From the NCBI RefSeq assembly GCF_054482525.1, contig NZ_CM137006.1: 64,000 nt of DNA; one strand, 5' to 3'. Position 1 is the stretch's first letter. Every line of letters begins with the position of its first letter. The notes under the pieces were generated by a model that worked only from the letters and a program-made list of their open reading frames with translations, was not told where the DNA came from and searched no databases. Of this stretch, positions 21,071-31,884 are shown in pieces. Position numbers and translations under genes: made by a program.

Positions 21071-22241
21071 TCATAGCTTGGCGCAGTTGAATAATTTTCC
21101 CCAAGGATTCATTGTGCCTATAAATATTCTCATACGAACACTTAAACGTATTAATGATTGATGCTTGAATATCGAAGGGAGGAATAGGAATTTGAATTTT
21201 TAAAAAGTTATCTTTATTTATTTTCTTCATACTTCCGCTAGTTCCAGCAGCAATACCTTGAATAGCTCGACGGCCATATGGAGACATCAGATAGTACATT
21301 AAAAACTCTTTTTTAATAAATTTTTCGTCAACAGCCAATCTCCACATCGTGTCTGGGAAAATCGTATTCCCATTGCCAGTCGATCCTTTATATTTTCCAA
21401 CTAAACCAACCAACTCCGCTGTATTAGAACGAGAGATTAACAAATCACCATCATTGCATGTTTTTCCTTTTAAAAAATGATCTTCTGTAATATTTTTTAA
21501 AGTAGTTTCTCTGAATCCTGATTTCGACAAACTATTTAGGTTCAGGACATAGTACCCAGTCCCGACTGCGGTTTCAACAGGAGAATATCCCCCTTCTGGA
21601 GAATCAATTAAAACATCTTTAATAGAACCAAAAGTCCATCCAACCGGAAGAGGAACACATTTATTCTCCCTCGAATCAAAGTAGTTATCAAAAGTCCGTA
21701 GACCAATAGCATATAATAATCTTTTAGCTGCTTTGAGAGCACTTAAATATAGAAGTTCTTTCTTTGCTAACGAATCAAAGATTATTAATGACGAGTATTG
21801 CTGTTCAATGCTCGGTATATTAACTTCTAGTTTATTTAAATCACTCCATTTTATTCGCGATGATAGCGAGCCGGCGGAATTTGCAATCACCTTTTCCATA
21901 AAAGAGGTTGATTGCATCAAGTGGGGTAAGTACCCATCCAATAAGTAGTTGTTTTTCCTTGGTTTAATTACCATTGCATCAGCAGAGCAAATACCATTAA
22001 TAGGGCTCACCGACACCCTTTTTAAATATGTATTTCGTCTACTAAAAATTATTTCGCCACACTTTACCTTAAAGGCTTGTGTTTTCAATTCAACGTCAGC
22101 CCCCCAATCATGAACATAAAAATAACCAGATTTCAAATGTTCCAACCCAATAAAATGCTTAGCATCGTCGCTTGTTGGGGAGATTCTAACCATAACCTGT
22201 TCAGCAAGATCACCAAATGTAACATTTCTTTTATTATTCAT
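21054..22241 (-). CDS. hsdS: Type I restriction-modification specificity subunit HsdS (start uncertain; ORF extends to 22292)
   Basis: About 400 aa, consistent with a two-TRD specificity subunit; lies between hsdM and hsdR with overlapping ends. Confidence 0.8.
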   Translation of the reverse strand: MNNKRNVTFGDLAEQVMVRISPTSDDAKHFIGLEHLKSGYFYVHDWGADVELKTQAFKVKCGEIIFSRRNTYLKRVSVSPINGICSADAMVIKPRKNNYLLDGYLPHLMQSTSFMEKVIANSAGSLSSRIKWSDLNKLEVNIPSIEQQYSSLIIFDSLAKKELLYLSALKAAKRLLYAIGLRTFDNYFDSRENKCVPLPVGWTFGSIKDVLIDSPEGGYSPVETAVGTGYYVLNLNSLSKSGFRETTLKNITEDHFLKGKTCNDGDLLISRSNTAELVGLVGKYKGSTGNGNTIFPDTMWRLAVDEKFIKKEFLMYYLMSPYGRRAIQGIAAGTSGSMKKINKDNFLKIQIPIPPFDIQASIINTFKCSYENIYRHNESLGKIIQLRQAMIDKEI

Positions 22242-23739
22242 TATTATATTTCTCTCTATCAATTTCATAGCCAATGCTATCCAAGCTATCAAACAATACC
22301 TTGATATTTCTTTTGAGTTTTACGCTACTGACTTTCCATGATTCGATAGCATGCTGAATATCATTCATTTTGACATTGTTTTGAGATTTCACATAAAGTG
22401 AAATCGATAAATTATAGAAATTTTCTTTAATAGCTTCGATATCCACTAAAGCGGTTATGTCGTTTTTTTTCTCCGGATTAAAATAAGCCTCGCATAATAC
22501 TTCCAAATCATCATCAGATAGGCGACTATGGGCACGTTCACGGGTAACATACTCAACCCCGTTGATAAACAAAACCTTATTTTTGCGTTCAGCAGGTTTA
22601 TTGCAATTAAGCACCACCAAGCAAGATTCCATCGGCGAGTTGTAAAACAGATTTGGTCCCAAACCAATCACCGCTTCGATTATGTCGGATTCAATCACCT
22701 GTTTACGAATGGCTTGTTCAGAATCACGGAACAGTACACCATGCGGCCAGAGCATGGCAGCACGACCGGTGTCGGGTTTTAAACTTTTGATTATATGGGT
22801 ATAAAACGCATAATCAGCACAACCTTGTGGAGGCACGCCATAGAGATTACGCCCATAGGGATCGGCTGCAAACTTGTCACGATTCCATTTCTTAATGGAG
22901 TATGGTGGGTTAGCAAAAATCACATCAAACTGCTTGAGCCGATCGTTTTCAATAAACTTTGGCTCAGCCAAAGTATCACCACGCAGCACATCAAACTCTT
23001 CAATATCATGCAGGAACATATTCATACGAGCAATAGCGGAAGTCAGCAGGTTCACTTCCTGACCATAAAGGTGCACAGAGCGCCACTCTTCTCCTCTTGC
23101 ACGAAGATCCATCACTGCATTTAGCAACATCCCTCCAGTGCCACACGTTGGATCATAGGCTGTTTCACCCGGTTTTAAGCCCATAATGCGCGTCATTAAA
23201 TGCACGACTGTTCGGTTGGTGTAGAACTCTGCTGCCGTATGACCGGAATCATCAGCGAACTTTTTAATCAGGTATTCGTAGGCCTCACCAAGATCATCCT
23301 GAGCGACAGATTTAATACCGAGCGGTATTTTACTGAAATGTTCAATCAGATCAGCCAGCAGATGATCGGGCAGGCGCTCTTTATTGGTCCACTGCGCATC
23401 ACCGAAGACGCCATGTAAACGCGGATTATTGGCTTCAATTAGTCGAAGCGCATTCTGGATCGCTTCACCAATGTTTTTACTGGTATTGCGTACCTTTTCC
23501 CAACTGGCTTCAGAGGGAATATTGAAACGGTGAAACATCGGCATGGCGGCATATTCAGCATCACCTTCATGGAGTTCCAGCGCTTCGTTATATTCTTCCA
23601 GATAGACATCTGACAGGCGTTTGTAAAACAGCAACGGGAAGATATACTGCTTGTAGTCTGATGCGTCAATTTGGCCACGAAGAAATTCGGCGGCTCCCCA
23701 GAGCAGCTCTTCCAGCTTTTTATTACTCATAGTACTCAT
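22234..23739 (-). CDS. hsdM: Type I R-M methyltransferase subunit HsdM (copy 1, 501 aa)
   Basis: Motifs DPTCGTGGML and ANPPYS; HsdM-like N-terminal domain. Confidence 0.9.
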   Translation of the reverse strand: MSTMSNKKLEELLWGAAEFLRGQIDASDYKQYIFPLLFYKRLSDVYLEEYNEALELHEGDAEYAAMPMFHRFNIPSEASWEKVRNTSKNIGEAIQNALRLIEANNPRLHGVFGDAQWTNKERLPDHLLADLIEHFSKIPLGIKSVAQDDLGEAYEYLIKKFADDSGHTAAEFYTNRTVVHLMTRIMGLKPGETAYDPTCGTGGMLLNAVMDLRARGEEWRSVHLYGQEVNLLTSAIARMNMFLHDIEEFDVLRGDTLAEPKFIENDRLKQFDVIFANPPYSIKKWNRDKFAADPYGRNLYGVPPQGCADYAFYTHIIKSLKPDTGRAAMLWPHGVLFRDSEQAIRKQVIESDIIEAVIGLGPNLFYNSPMESCLVVLNCNKPAERKNKVLFINGVEYVTRERAHSRLSDDDLEVLCEAYFNPEKKNDITALVDIEAIKENFYNLSISLYVKSQNNVKMNDIQHAIESWKVSSVKLKRNIKVLFDSLDSIGYEIDREKYNNE

Positions 23740-25235
23740 ACCTCGAACCCTTCTTTGATAAGCAGGGCCTCCAGCTCCTCTTCTGCTTTTTCCAGCTCAG
23801 CCAGCTTCCGTTGAAAATCTTTGAGCGCCTCTTCCACAGTGATGGTTTCTTCTTCGAGTGGCTTTTGCACATAACGAGCAATATTTAGATTGAAGTCATT
23901 TTCTTCAATCTCCTTCAGAGGAACCCAGCGTGCAACGCCTTCGATTTCTTTTGCATCTGGCCCTTGTTGCGCCTGGTCATGATAGATTTGGTATATTTCA
24001 TCGGCCTGCTTGTTGGACAGCGTATTCTGCGCACGTCCCTTGGTATAGATTTCTTCAGCATTGATGATCAATACATGATCTTTATGCGCGGCCGGACGTG
24101 ATTTACGCAGCACCAAAATACACGCAGGAATCCCAGTTCCATAGAACAGGTTGGAAGCAACACCAATAATCGCCACAATGCGATTCTCTTGCAGTAATTT
24201 GGTTCGAATTGCCCCCTCTGCGCCGCCACGAAACAGCACACCATGAGGTAATACGACTGCCATACGTCCATTGTCGTTAAGTGAAGCAAACATATGCTGC
24301 ACCCAGGCAAAATCACCATTTGTTTTAGGCGCCAGGCCATATTGCTTACGGCCATAGGGATCGTTCGACCACAGATCGTATCCCCATTCTTTTAAGCTAA
24401 ACGGTGGGTTGGCAACAACGCAGTCAAAGGTTTCTAAACGATCGCTTTTTAAAAATTTAGGTTCGCGTAAAGTATCCCCTCGGACAATATCGAAATCTTC
24501 CTGTCCATGCAGGAACAGATTCATACGCGCAATAGCTTCCGTCGTTAAGTTCTTTTCCTGACCCTTGATTTTTAGTAAACGCGGATCACCACCATTTTCT
24601 TTTACATGGTGGATGGTCTCAAGCAGCATACCACCGGTACCACAGGCGGGATCGTAGACACTCTCACCGGCTTTTGGATCAAGAATGTTAACCATCAAAC
24701 GAACGATAGTTCGTGGGGTATAGAACTCACCTGCTTTCTTATTGGCTTTGTCTGCAAAGCGTTTGATCAGATACTCGTATGCGCGCCCCATATCATCGTC
24801 ACGGACACTAGAAACGCCAAGGTTCACCTTATTGAAGTGATTGAGTAACGTAGCCAGTAACTCATCAGAAAGGCGTTCTTTATTGGTCCAGCTGGCATCG
24901 CCAAAAATGCCATGCAGTTTAGGGTTTGCCAGTTCTATACCACGGAAGGACTCTTTTAAAGCCTGACCGATGTCCTTGGTCTCAGCGAAAACATCGCGCC
25001 AGTGGCAATTTTCAGGTATCTGAATACGGTGAAACATCTTGCCCTTGGCAAGCTCTGCATCCCCAACGCTCTCCATCGCATCAGCAAATTCTTCGTCATA
25101 CACGTCACAAATGCGCTTGAAGAACAAGATGGGGAAAATGTACGTTTTGTAATCTGACGCATCAATGGGCCCTGTAATAATATGGGCTGCATGCCATAGA
25201 TGGGCCTCGAGATCTTTTAGGTTAATCAGTGTCAT
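23736..25235 (-). CDS. Second, divergent HsdM-like N6-adenine methyltransferase (copy 2; extended ORF reaches 25337)
   Basis: Motifs DPACGTGGML and ANPPFS; about half of residues identical to copy 1 by eye; ATGA overlap with copy 1. Confidence 0.85.
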   Translation of the reverse strand: MTLINLKDLEAHLWHAAHIITGPIDASDYKTYIFPILFFKRICDVYDEEFADAMESVGDAELAKGKMFHRIQIPENCHWRDVFAETKDIGQALKESFRGIELANPKLHGIFGDASWTNKERLSDELLATLLNHFNKVNLGVSSVRDDDMGRAYEYLIKRFADKANKKAGEFYTPRTIVRLMVNILDPKAGESVYDPACGTGGMLLETIHHVKENGGDPRLLKIKGQEKNLTTEAIARMNLFLHGQEDFDIVRGDTLREPKFLKSDRLETFDCVVANPPFSLKEWGYDLWSNDPYGRKQYGLAPKTNGDFAWVQHMFASLNDNGRMAVVLPHGVLFRGGAEGAIRTKLLQENRIVAIIGVASNLFYGTGIPACILVLRKSRPAAHKDHVLIINAEEIYTKGRAQNTLSNKQADEIYQIYHDQAQQGPDAKEIEGVARWVPLKEIEENDFNLNIARYVQKPLEEETITVEEALKDFQRKLAELEKAEEELEALLIKEGFEV

Positions 25236-25478
25236 TGTTGTCTCTTTTCGATCCTGCAGTGCTTGAACTCTCAGCAACTCATGGATTTCACAGTAAAAAA
25301 GCAAGCAAAGCGATTCCACAACCACCTGAGCGTTCAATACGTATGACGCCTTTACCCAAGTTGCTTAAATCAAGGAAATTGCCAGAGATAATACTCTGGC
25401 ATCAGAATGATACCAAGTTGAAGGGCTGATTTCCGCATCAATACCTTGTGGTAATAGGGGATTACTCTTTTACCCTTA

Positions 25479-26046
25479 TTGGCGCAAAATGGCGGCATTT
25501 ACTCATTTCTCCATCGGAGCATCTTACGCGCTATAACCACTCTCGTTTTTTCCTATTCCCATGCAGATGAAGCACTACGCAATGAACTTGAGAAGCATCT
25601 CTCCCCGCTGAAGCGAACCGGGAAGATCACAACATGGCACGATCGCCGCATCGTTCCTGGTCAGGAGTTCGAACGTCAGATCGACCACTATTTTTCGCAA
25701 GCAGATATCATCCTGATCCTGATCCTGATCCTGATCAGCAGTGACTTTATTGCTTCTGATTACTGCTATCAGGTAGAGATGAAAAACGCACTGGAACGGC
25801 ATGACCGGGGCGAGGCGGTGGTCATTCCGGTAATTTTAAGAAACTGTGCATGGCATCAGTTATAATTCGGCAGCATTATGGCGGCGACTATCGACGGTAA
25901 ACCCATCACTAAGTTTGCCACCCACGATGAAGGCTACGTTCAGGTCGTCGAGGCCGTCTCGCGTGCCATTGCCCGGATGGAAGCCAAAAAACTACAGCAA
26001 ACCATACATATCCCTTCACCGGCTCCGGCGAATCCGATCTTTTAGG
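25479..26046 (+). pseudogene. TIR-domain gene interrupted by an in-frame TAA stop at 25863-25865; the same frame continues to TAG at 26044-26046
   Basis: TIR-like signature ...VFSYSHADEAL...SSDFIASDYCYQVEM...VIPVILRNCAW, then stop, then ...FGSIMAATIDGKPITKF... in the same frame. Confidence 0.6.
25710..25733. repeat. (ATCCTG)4 hexanucleotide repeat inside the TIR gene, encoding an ILILILIL tract
   Basis: Read directly from the sequence. Confidence 0.9.
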
Positions 26047-26445
26047 GAGTAGATTCCGTTTTTACACCGCGTTCAAGCAACCTTACTCTATCTGTTATAG
26101 CCAGGATAATGTTGTTCGAAACAGTATTAACGAAATTGTAAGCCTTGCTGATAACGGCCAGACTCTTGGTTTTCGTGCTCTGATGGGAGGCTTCAGTCGT
26201 GGAACTTCACGAGACGAACTATTGACCAATGAAGGTATGTCGGAACATCTCTGGGAAATGTTCTTCGGGCTAATCAAGCAAAGAATGTCCCGATAATTTG
26301 CCATATCACAGTCGGGCATACTGCCCGATTTTTGTGCTGTCATTATTGGCAATATCTCAATAGGCGTTGAGAAATGGTGCAATTTAATCTTGCCAGAGCG
26401 CTGTTACTTGGGGACGAAATGAATGGGCTCCTGCTGTAGTTACAG

Positions 26446-26475
26446 CAACGCCTGTATATACAAAAACAGGCGTTG
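26446..26475. terminator. 10-bp perfect inverted repeat (CAACGCCTGT / ACAGGCGTTG) just 3' of the Mrr-like gene; hairpin without a clear U-tract
   Basis: Inverted repeat seen in the sequence; no T-run on either strand. Confidence 0.35.
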
Positions 26476-26480
26476 CAAAT

Positions 26481-27476
26481 TCATGCAGGCAAATACGTTT
26501 TCTTAAGCGGCACCAACAGCTTAGTTTCAATATCCACCTGCTCATAGTTTTCCACTAACGCGCGTACCAAATCGTCCAGCGTCCATAGCGTCAACGGGAT
26601 TGTAGAACGATCGGCCTCATAACGCGCATCCTTGCTGAATCCGCCGGTACTAACATACAGCCCGCGATCGTCTTTATGACGGCCACCGATAAAGCTACGG
26701 ATTTGCTGGCTGCTCATCTGTTCCCGCCGGTGCTTCACCTCAACAATAATGCGCGGATTTTCAAACCCAAATCCGTCAGGCGAAGCAATGATGTCTTTCC
26801 CACGGTCAGCACCCGCAGGCGATACCTGAGTTTTATATCCCATGCTGCGTAACACGCCAGCGACCAGATTCTGCATCTCATCCCAGTCGAGACGGTTGAT
26901 ACGATCCTTGATGCCTTCAAAAGCGATCATTTCCATGTCGCGCAGAGGATTAGAAACGACCTCATCCTCTTCACCTGAAACAGGTACTTCCGGCACGATA
27001 TCTGAGACAGGCTTATTGCCCTGCACTAATTCATTCACAGCAAAATCAGGCACCTGAAAAACTGTCAGCGTTGAACCAAGGGTGTTTCTGGTTGCATCAC
27101 TCAGACTATCGCGCTTAATCTCTTCCGCATTCCACTTCACTTTACGGGCGATGCCCATGCCATCTTCAAGCCACTCGGCATGAAACTCAAAATCTGACGC
27201 TATTTTCCCTATTAAATAGGTCCGATTAGAAGGTGAATAAGTGATAGCCCAGTCGCCTTTCTGCATTTCATTCACAAAGCGCCAGACCTGAGAAGCTCCA
27301 GAACGAACTGTGCCTGGCTTAGTCTGTGGCTCAAGCTCCTGATACCGGGTAAACAACTGCTCTCTTGAGCATCCAGGTTTCACATAGGGAGCGAGCTGCG
27401 ACCAACCAATTGCAACAACCTGTTTGTCTCTGAAGTCGTCGTACAATTTTCCGCCATCACCGCGGATCATCCACAT
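26481..27476 (-). CDS. Mrr-like (type IV-like) restriction endonuclease with an uncharacterised N-terminal domain
   Basis: C-terminal PD-(D/E)xK-type signature ...GKDIIA...RIIVEVKHRR...QQIRSFIG typical of Mrr catalytic domains; start chosen at MWMIRGDGG (ORF extends to 27644). Confidence 0.65.
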   Translation of the reverse strand: MWMIRGDGGKLYDDFRDKQVVAIGWSQLAPYVKPGCSREQLFTRYQELEPQTKPGTVRSGASQVWRFVNEMQKGDWAITYSPSNRTYLIGKIASDFEFHAEWLEDGMGIARKVKWNAEEIKRDSLSDATRNTLGSTLTVFQVPDFAVNELVQGNKPVSDIVPEVPVSGEEDEVVSNPLRDMEMIAFEGIKDRINRLDWDEMQNLVAGVLRSMGYKTQVSPAGADRGKDIIASPDGFGFENPRIIVEVKHRREQMSSQQIRSFIGGRHKDDRGLYVSTGGFSKDARYEADRSTIPLTLWTLDDLVRALVENYEQVDIETKLLVPLKKTYLPA

Positions 27477-27597
27477 CTTAGTCGCCACAATAATTCCTTC
27501 TGAAAATACTTCATCGTTATACCGGGACGTGATCATTCCATTCAGCCATCTTATCCAGGGAAAAACACCGATAAGATGGCTAATCAAAATGTCTGTT

Positions 27598-30500
27598 CTA
27601 AACCTGACGCCTCTCAAGACTATTATAAATAGCCTCAATTTCACCTTTCAGGTTATCACCAGAGTAAACCATCGATGTATCGTATCGTTCATATCGCGCT
27701 TCCCGTGTCGCACTAAACCAGTTGAACGATCCCACGCATAGCAAACCATCATCACCAATAACAATTTTGCTATGAACACGGTTTACCAGCTTTGTAGCAA
27801 TACCCAGCGCATTCAGTTTCTCCAGCGCCGCTTTAAGGTTCTGCTGCTTCTCTTTTCGCTTCTCAAAATCTTTATGTTCAGTGTTGTAGCTTCTGTCAGT
27901 GACTATCGTGACGTTAATACCACGTGAACACGCCGCAATCATGGAATCAAGAAAACCCGTTTGCTCCAGCTTTTGCCAGGTCAGCCATGGAGAAACTATC
28001 GTGATGTGTTTATCGGTATTTTCAAACGTCTGATTCAGGAAATTATCATGCTGCTCCACACCATGGAGTGTGTAGATTTTGGTCTCGGAAGTTTTTAAAT
28101 CCTTACGCTCTTTATAATCAAAAGAGAGCGCATTCTTCTCGGACTCAAAGAGATATTTTGCCAGTAATCCCCGCGGAGATGAGGGAGGCTGGATCTCAAA
28201 CAGATCCATATCGCCGAAGACCAGGAAGCTATCCTTCGCACGGGAGACTGCAACATTCAGCATGCTGTTATCGCTATCAATAAACCCGCCATCTTCATGT
28301 TTTGAATAGACTGGCGAGAATATAACAATCGCTCTTTCCGCTCCCTGAAGAGAGTGCACGGTGCCCACGGTGAGCGACTTTTCATTCGCGCCCGTACTGA
28401 TACCTTGTTTACCCAGCGCCTGTTTGATAGTGGATACCTGCGCGCTAAAAGGCGTCACGATACCGACAACTTCATGAAGCGATTTGCCGTAATGCGCTTC
28501 AATATTTTGCTGGTTCTCTGCCAACCAGGCCGCTATCGTTTCAGCCTCAAGCAAATTATATCTACTTCCACTACTTGCCAGCTCTCCTTTACCATCAATA
28601 TGGAGATAACCCATTGCGGGCATTAAATTGCTCTCTTCGCGCCCTCTTTTAGGCAACAACTTACCGTGATAGCAGAGCGTATTACAGTATCCAATAATAT
28701 TATCGAAGCACCGGCGGTGTTCATATAGGTACATACCACGAGCCAGTTCGGGATCATATTGATAGCGCGAAGCAAACTGCGCTATTTTCATAACGCTGCC
28801 AGATGCGGCACTTTTACCAAGGTCTGCGATTGCCGTATATTTCTCGGTAATCTCTTCTTGCGTACTGCCAGACAGAATTTTTTCCGCAAGCATGTTACCG
28901 ACATCAATCGCGGGAGCAATACTCCATATTGGCGGGATCTGCTCCGTATCGCCAATCACTAATGCCTTCTTAGCTAATGCAAACGAGGCAGCAGCCACTT
29001 CAGGAAGCACCTGCCCGGCTTCATCGACAATGAGTAAATCGGCAAAATCATACAAATAACTTTTCTCGAATTTACGTTGTCCTTTGTGCTCACTTATCTG
29101 CATATTGCCGGGCAGCATATAGCATGTCATCACCACACATGGAGTGAGTTTCATTCGACGTTGCCAACGGGCGGTTACCCCTTTAGCGCCTTTTTTCTTC
29201 TTCTCTTCCTGCAGATCATCAATTCTGGCCATATCCATCAGCCAACGACCTTCCCAGTAGTGAGTCGTCAGTAAAAATGCAGGGAAGCGAATCTGCGTAT
29301 CAGCCAGTTCATCGGCCTGTGAGAAGCTCAGTTCCTCGTCGCCCTCATACCCTAAATCAAATGCCAGCCTCTGCCACTCCTGAACCGCCTGCTGTTCTTT
29401 AAGAACGATTTCATGGGCGGAGTCAATCTGCTGCCGGTATGTTGTTTGCTCGCGCTCAGCGGAATTGAGCAGCCCATCAATATTACGTTCGATAGTTTCA
29501 GGATCAGACCACTGATTTCCTGCAATCAGCGCGCCTAATTTATCTTCGAGAAACAACTGTATTTGGTACTGTCGCTTACTACGAACCGCTGGGAGCCAGG
29601 AAAATAATGAATAGATCAGTGATTCACCGGCGCGATATTTTTTCCATTCCGTTTTAGCACTCTTCAGTAGAGTGACTTTTTGTTCTTGTCCGGAAAGTAA
29701 TTTATTTAAATTATCGAGATATTGCTCAATGTCGTTAGCAATAAGCTCACGCGCAGCCCGTACCTGGCTTAACGTTTGCCATGTTGCGTTCAGTCTTATC
29801 AGTTGCTCGGATTTTGCTGCCAACTGACCATGCAGGAGTTCAATGACCTTTTCAGGGGATGAACACTCTTTTTCAGGAAAAGCTGCCTTAGCTTTCTCGA
29901 GATAAAACAGCAGTGCATCCTCTACATACTCTTTTGACTCAACCTGGTTGAAGAAATCTTCAGTTTGATATTTTTTGGCTGCCTCAGCTTTACGAGTGCT
30001 TGAGGGAAAATAAGCGCCGAAGCTTTTCAGCTCTGGCAACCATCGTCCGGCCATCGCACCTGAACCTTGCGAAAAGTCTTTCCCGAATGCCTCAATAATG
30101 TTCGTTACAGCCTGGTTATTCGTTGAAGTCGCGATAATAACCGGAGGCTCAGATTTTTCGAGAGCTGCTCTGGCCCACTGCGTGGCGATGATAGAAAGCA
30201 CCAGCGTGGTTTTTCCGGTTCCCGGAGGTCCATTAACAGCAAGGATATCGCCATGTCTTGCATCCAGAAAATGGCTTAAGGCATCGCGCTGAGCCTTTGC
30301 CAGCGGAAACTTATCTCCGGAGTGTCCAAGCCTGTCGCTGAATTTTGCTCCTGGAGCCAGCAAAGACTCTGCAGCATGAACCTCTCGCGAGGCGAAGCGA
30401 TTGAAGAGCGGCACATCCTTCTTGCAAACAAGCAGGTGATCATAAAGAGAAAGGATATGGAAACTGGCACCGCCAGATTGCGCCGTTTTAACAATATAAC

Positions 30501-31113
30501 CGTGCTCAGCGAGTTCATATTGCTCAGGATTTTTAATCCAGTCGCCGGCAACGTTCTTCAGCAGCCTCTCTGAATCATCCAGATATTGATGCCACTCCTG
30601 CTGCAAGGCTGCATATCGTGCTTCCCGTTCTTCATCCGTTTCGGCAGTCTTATCAATGCTGTCATCAAAGTTGATAGAGAACGAGGTATGGATTGTCTTG
30701 TATTTGTCATACTGCCCAATCTCACCAATCGAAAATGCTCCTTTTGGCAAAGGTTCAAGCAGGTCTCTGGGAATGGAGGTCGCTGGCGTCGGATATAAAA
30801 AACCCTCACGGCTGAGCAAGGCTGGCGTCACTAGCGGGGTAACAATATCAGGTGCGCCTGCGGAACGGTCCTTACCATGCTGCAGTAACCGAAAATAAAC
30901 TTTTGGGCGCAAGACGACATCGACCGTTTCGACATCGTCTTTTTCTCCCTCAAAAAATTTACTGACAATCGCTTCGTCAAGACGTCCCGCCGCTATCCCA
31001 TGCCAGTGAGTGAAATTTTTGGCGTCTTTCCGTTCAAAACTGCCCTTTCCTGACTCAGCATCCGCAAGCGAGTTGCGCCAGTATGAGGCAAACCCTAAAG
31101 CATTTTCATCCAT
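27598..31113 (-). CDS. Upf1-like SF1 helicase fused to a C-terminal phospholipase-D-family nuclease (1171 aa; Mokosh type II-like)
   Basis: Walker [11 protein letters not shown], Walker [21 protein letters not shown] and [16 protein letters not shown] helicase motifs; C-terminal HxK(x)4D motif [19 protein letters not shown]. Confidence 0.7.
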   Translation of the reverse strand: MDENALGFASYWRNSLADAESGKGSFERKDAKNFTHWHGIAAGRLDEAIVSKFFEGEKDDVETVDVVLRPKVYFRLLQHGKDRSAGAPDIVTPLVTPALLSREGFLYPTPATSIPRDLLEPLPKGAFSIGEIGQYDKYKTIHTSFSINFDDSIDKTAETDEEREARYAALQQEWHQYLDDSERLLKNVAGDWIKNPEQYELAEHGYIVKTAQSGGASFHILSLYDHLLVCKKDVPLFNRFASREVHAAESLLAPGAKFSDRLGHSGDKFPLAKAQRDALSHFLDARHGDILAVNGPPGTGKTTLVLSIIATQWARAALEKSEPPVIIATSTNNQAVTNIIEAFGKDFSQGSGAMAGRWLPELKSFGAYFPSSTRKAEAAKKYQTEDFFNQVESKEYVEDALLFYLEKAKAAFPEKECSSPEKVIELLHGQLAAKSEQLIRLNATWQTLSQVRAARELIANDIEQYLDNLNKLLSGQEQKVTLLKSAKTEWKKYRAGESLIYSLFSWLPAVRSKRQYQIQLFLEDKLGALIAGNQWSDPETIERNIDGLLNSAEREQTTYRQQIDSAHEIVLKEQQAVQEWQRLAFDLGYEGDEELSFSQADELADTQIRFPAFLLTTHYWEGRWLMDMARIDDLQEEKKKKGAKGVTARWQRRMKLTPCVVMTCYMLPGNMQISEHKGQRKFEKSYLYDFADLLIVDEAGQVLPEVAAASFALAKKALVIGDTEQIPPIWSIAPAIDVGNMLAEKILSGSTQEEITEKYTAIADLGKSAASGSVMKIAQFASRYQYDPELARGMYLYEHRRCFDNIIGYCNTLCYHGKLLPKRGREESNLMPAMGYLHIDGKGELASSGSRYNLLEAETIAAWLAENQQNIEAHYGKSLHEVVGIVTPFSAQVSTIKQALGKQGISTGANEKSLTVGTVHSLQGAERAIVIFSPVYSKHEDGGFIDSDNSMLNVAVSRAKDSFLVFGDMDLFEIQPPSSPRGLLAKYLFESEKNALSFDYKERKDLKTSETKIYTLHGVEQHDNFLNQTFENTDKHITIVSPWLTWQKLEQTGFLDSMIAACSRGINVTIVTDRSYNTEHKDFEKRKEKQQNLKAALEKLNALGIATKLVNRVHSKIVIGDDGLLCVGSFNWFSATREARYERYDTSMVYSGDNLKGEIEAIYNSLERRQV

Positions 31114-31438
31114 TACCAGTCCTATGACTCAATGAAATCCATTGATTTATCGAATATAAAATCACCGTATGGATAACTATTGTCCACGTTGCAAGGCTGG
31201 CTGCAATGTTTTGTTCACGCTTCGATACAAATACTCAGGTTATACGGAGTTCAGAAAACGACCATATCATGTTGCATGGCACATAAAAGCTTTATAACCG
31301 AAGCAGCAAAGGATTACCGGCTGCGCAGCACGCCCCGAAAGCCCGTGAGCCCTGCTGGACAGCGTTCAGTGCAATATTGGAGCCTGTAAGTTCAGAAAAT
31401 ATCGCTGTCGAAGATGGTTCTGTATGTAGGCGCGCCAG

Positions 31439-31816
31439 CTATCGTTTTGTCCGATGCTTGCGAATAAAAGCATTCAAAATGTCGCCTTCACCATGCATGA
31501 CAGAAAAAGAATATTCACATTCTTTCTTTATCAAGATTCCACATAATTCCTTGTGCAAATCAACATTAACTCCCTTTCCTTTCTGCGCTTTCTTCACACC
31601 GAGCTCACATGAACTGATTAATTCAACGGTACAGGGTTTCTTCAGATAATTCACACCATCAATTAAGCCCTGGAGAATGCATCTATTTGCGGTCGTATCA
31701 CTGTAGGAGAAAGTCAGATATTTTATTTTTCCTTCGTATTCCAACACAACCTCCGCCGAACCTTCACGTGTTGCAGCATCACAACCTCCTGTTGAATATA
31801 TTTTTACCATCTTCAT
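31439..31816 (-). CDS. Small hypothetical protein (125 aa) with weak RNase HI-like resemblance; the usual catalytic acidic residues look substituted
   Basis: By-eye similarity of VKIYSTGGC / TANRCILQG to RNase HI VEIFTDGSC / TNNRMEL; speculative. Confidence 0.3.
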   Translation of the reverse strand: MKMVKIYSTGGCDAATREGSAEVVLEYEGKIKYLTFSYSDTTANRCILQGLIDGVNYLKKPCTVELISSCELGVKKAQKGKGVNVDLHKELCGILIKKECEYSFSVMHGEGDILNAFIRKHRTKR

Positions 31817-31884
31817 TTTGTAACTTTCCCCTTACCAAACGAATCGCGACATCCTATATCAAAGGCATTCTCGTCAAAACTTAA

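Noticed and set aside
23736-25337. Upstream hsdM copy interpreted as a BREX PglX-like or type IIG enzyme
   Set aside because: At about 500 aa it is far too short for PglX or type IIG enzymes, has no nuclease or extra domains, and is collinear with the adjacent HsdM along its whole length
25846-26052. 68-aa ORF overlapping the end of the TIR gene
   Set aside because: It is in a different frame from the TIR continuation; the same-frame continuation after the TAA stop has TIR-like sequence, so this ORF is an overlapping-frame artefact
31114-31438. 69-aa ORF 31180..31389 between the helicase-nuclease gene and the RNase H-like ORF
   Set aside because: Short, no recognisable motif, overlaps a likely promoter/terminator region; probably non-coding
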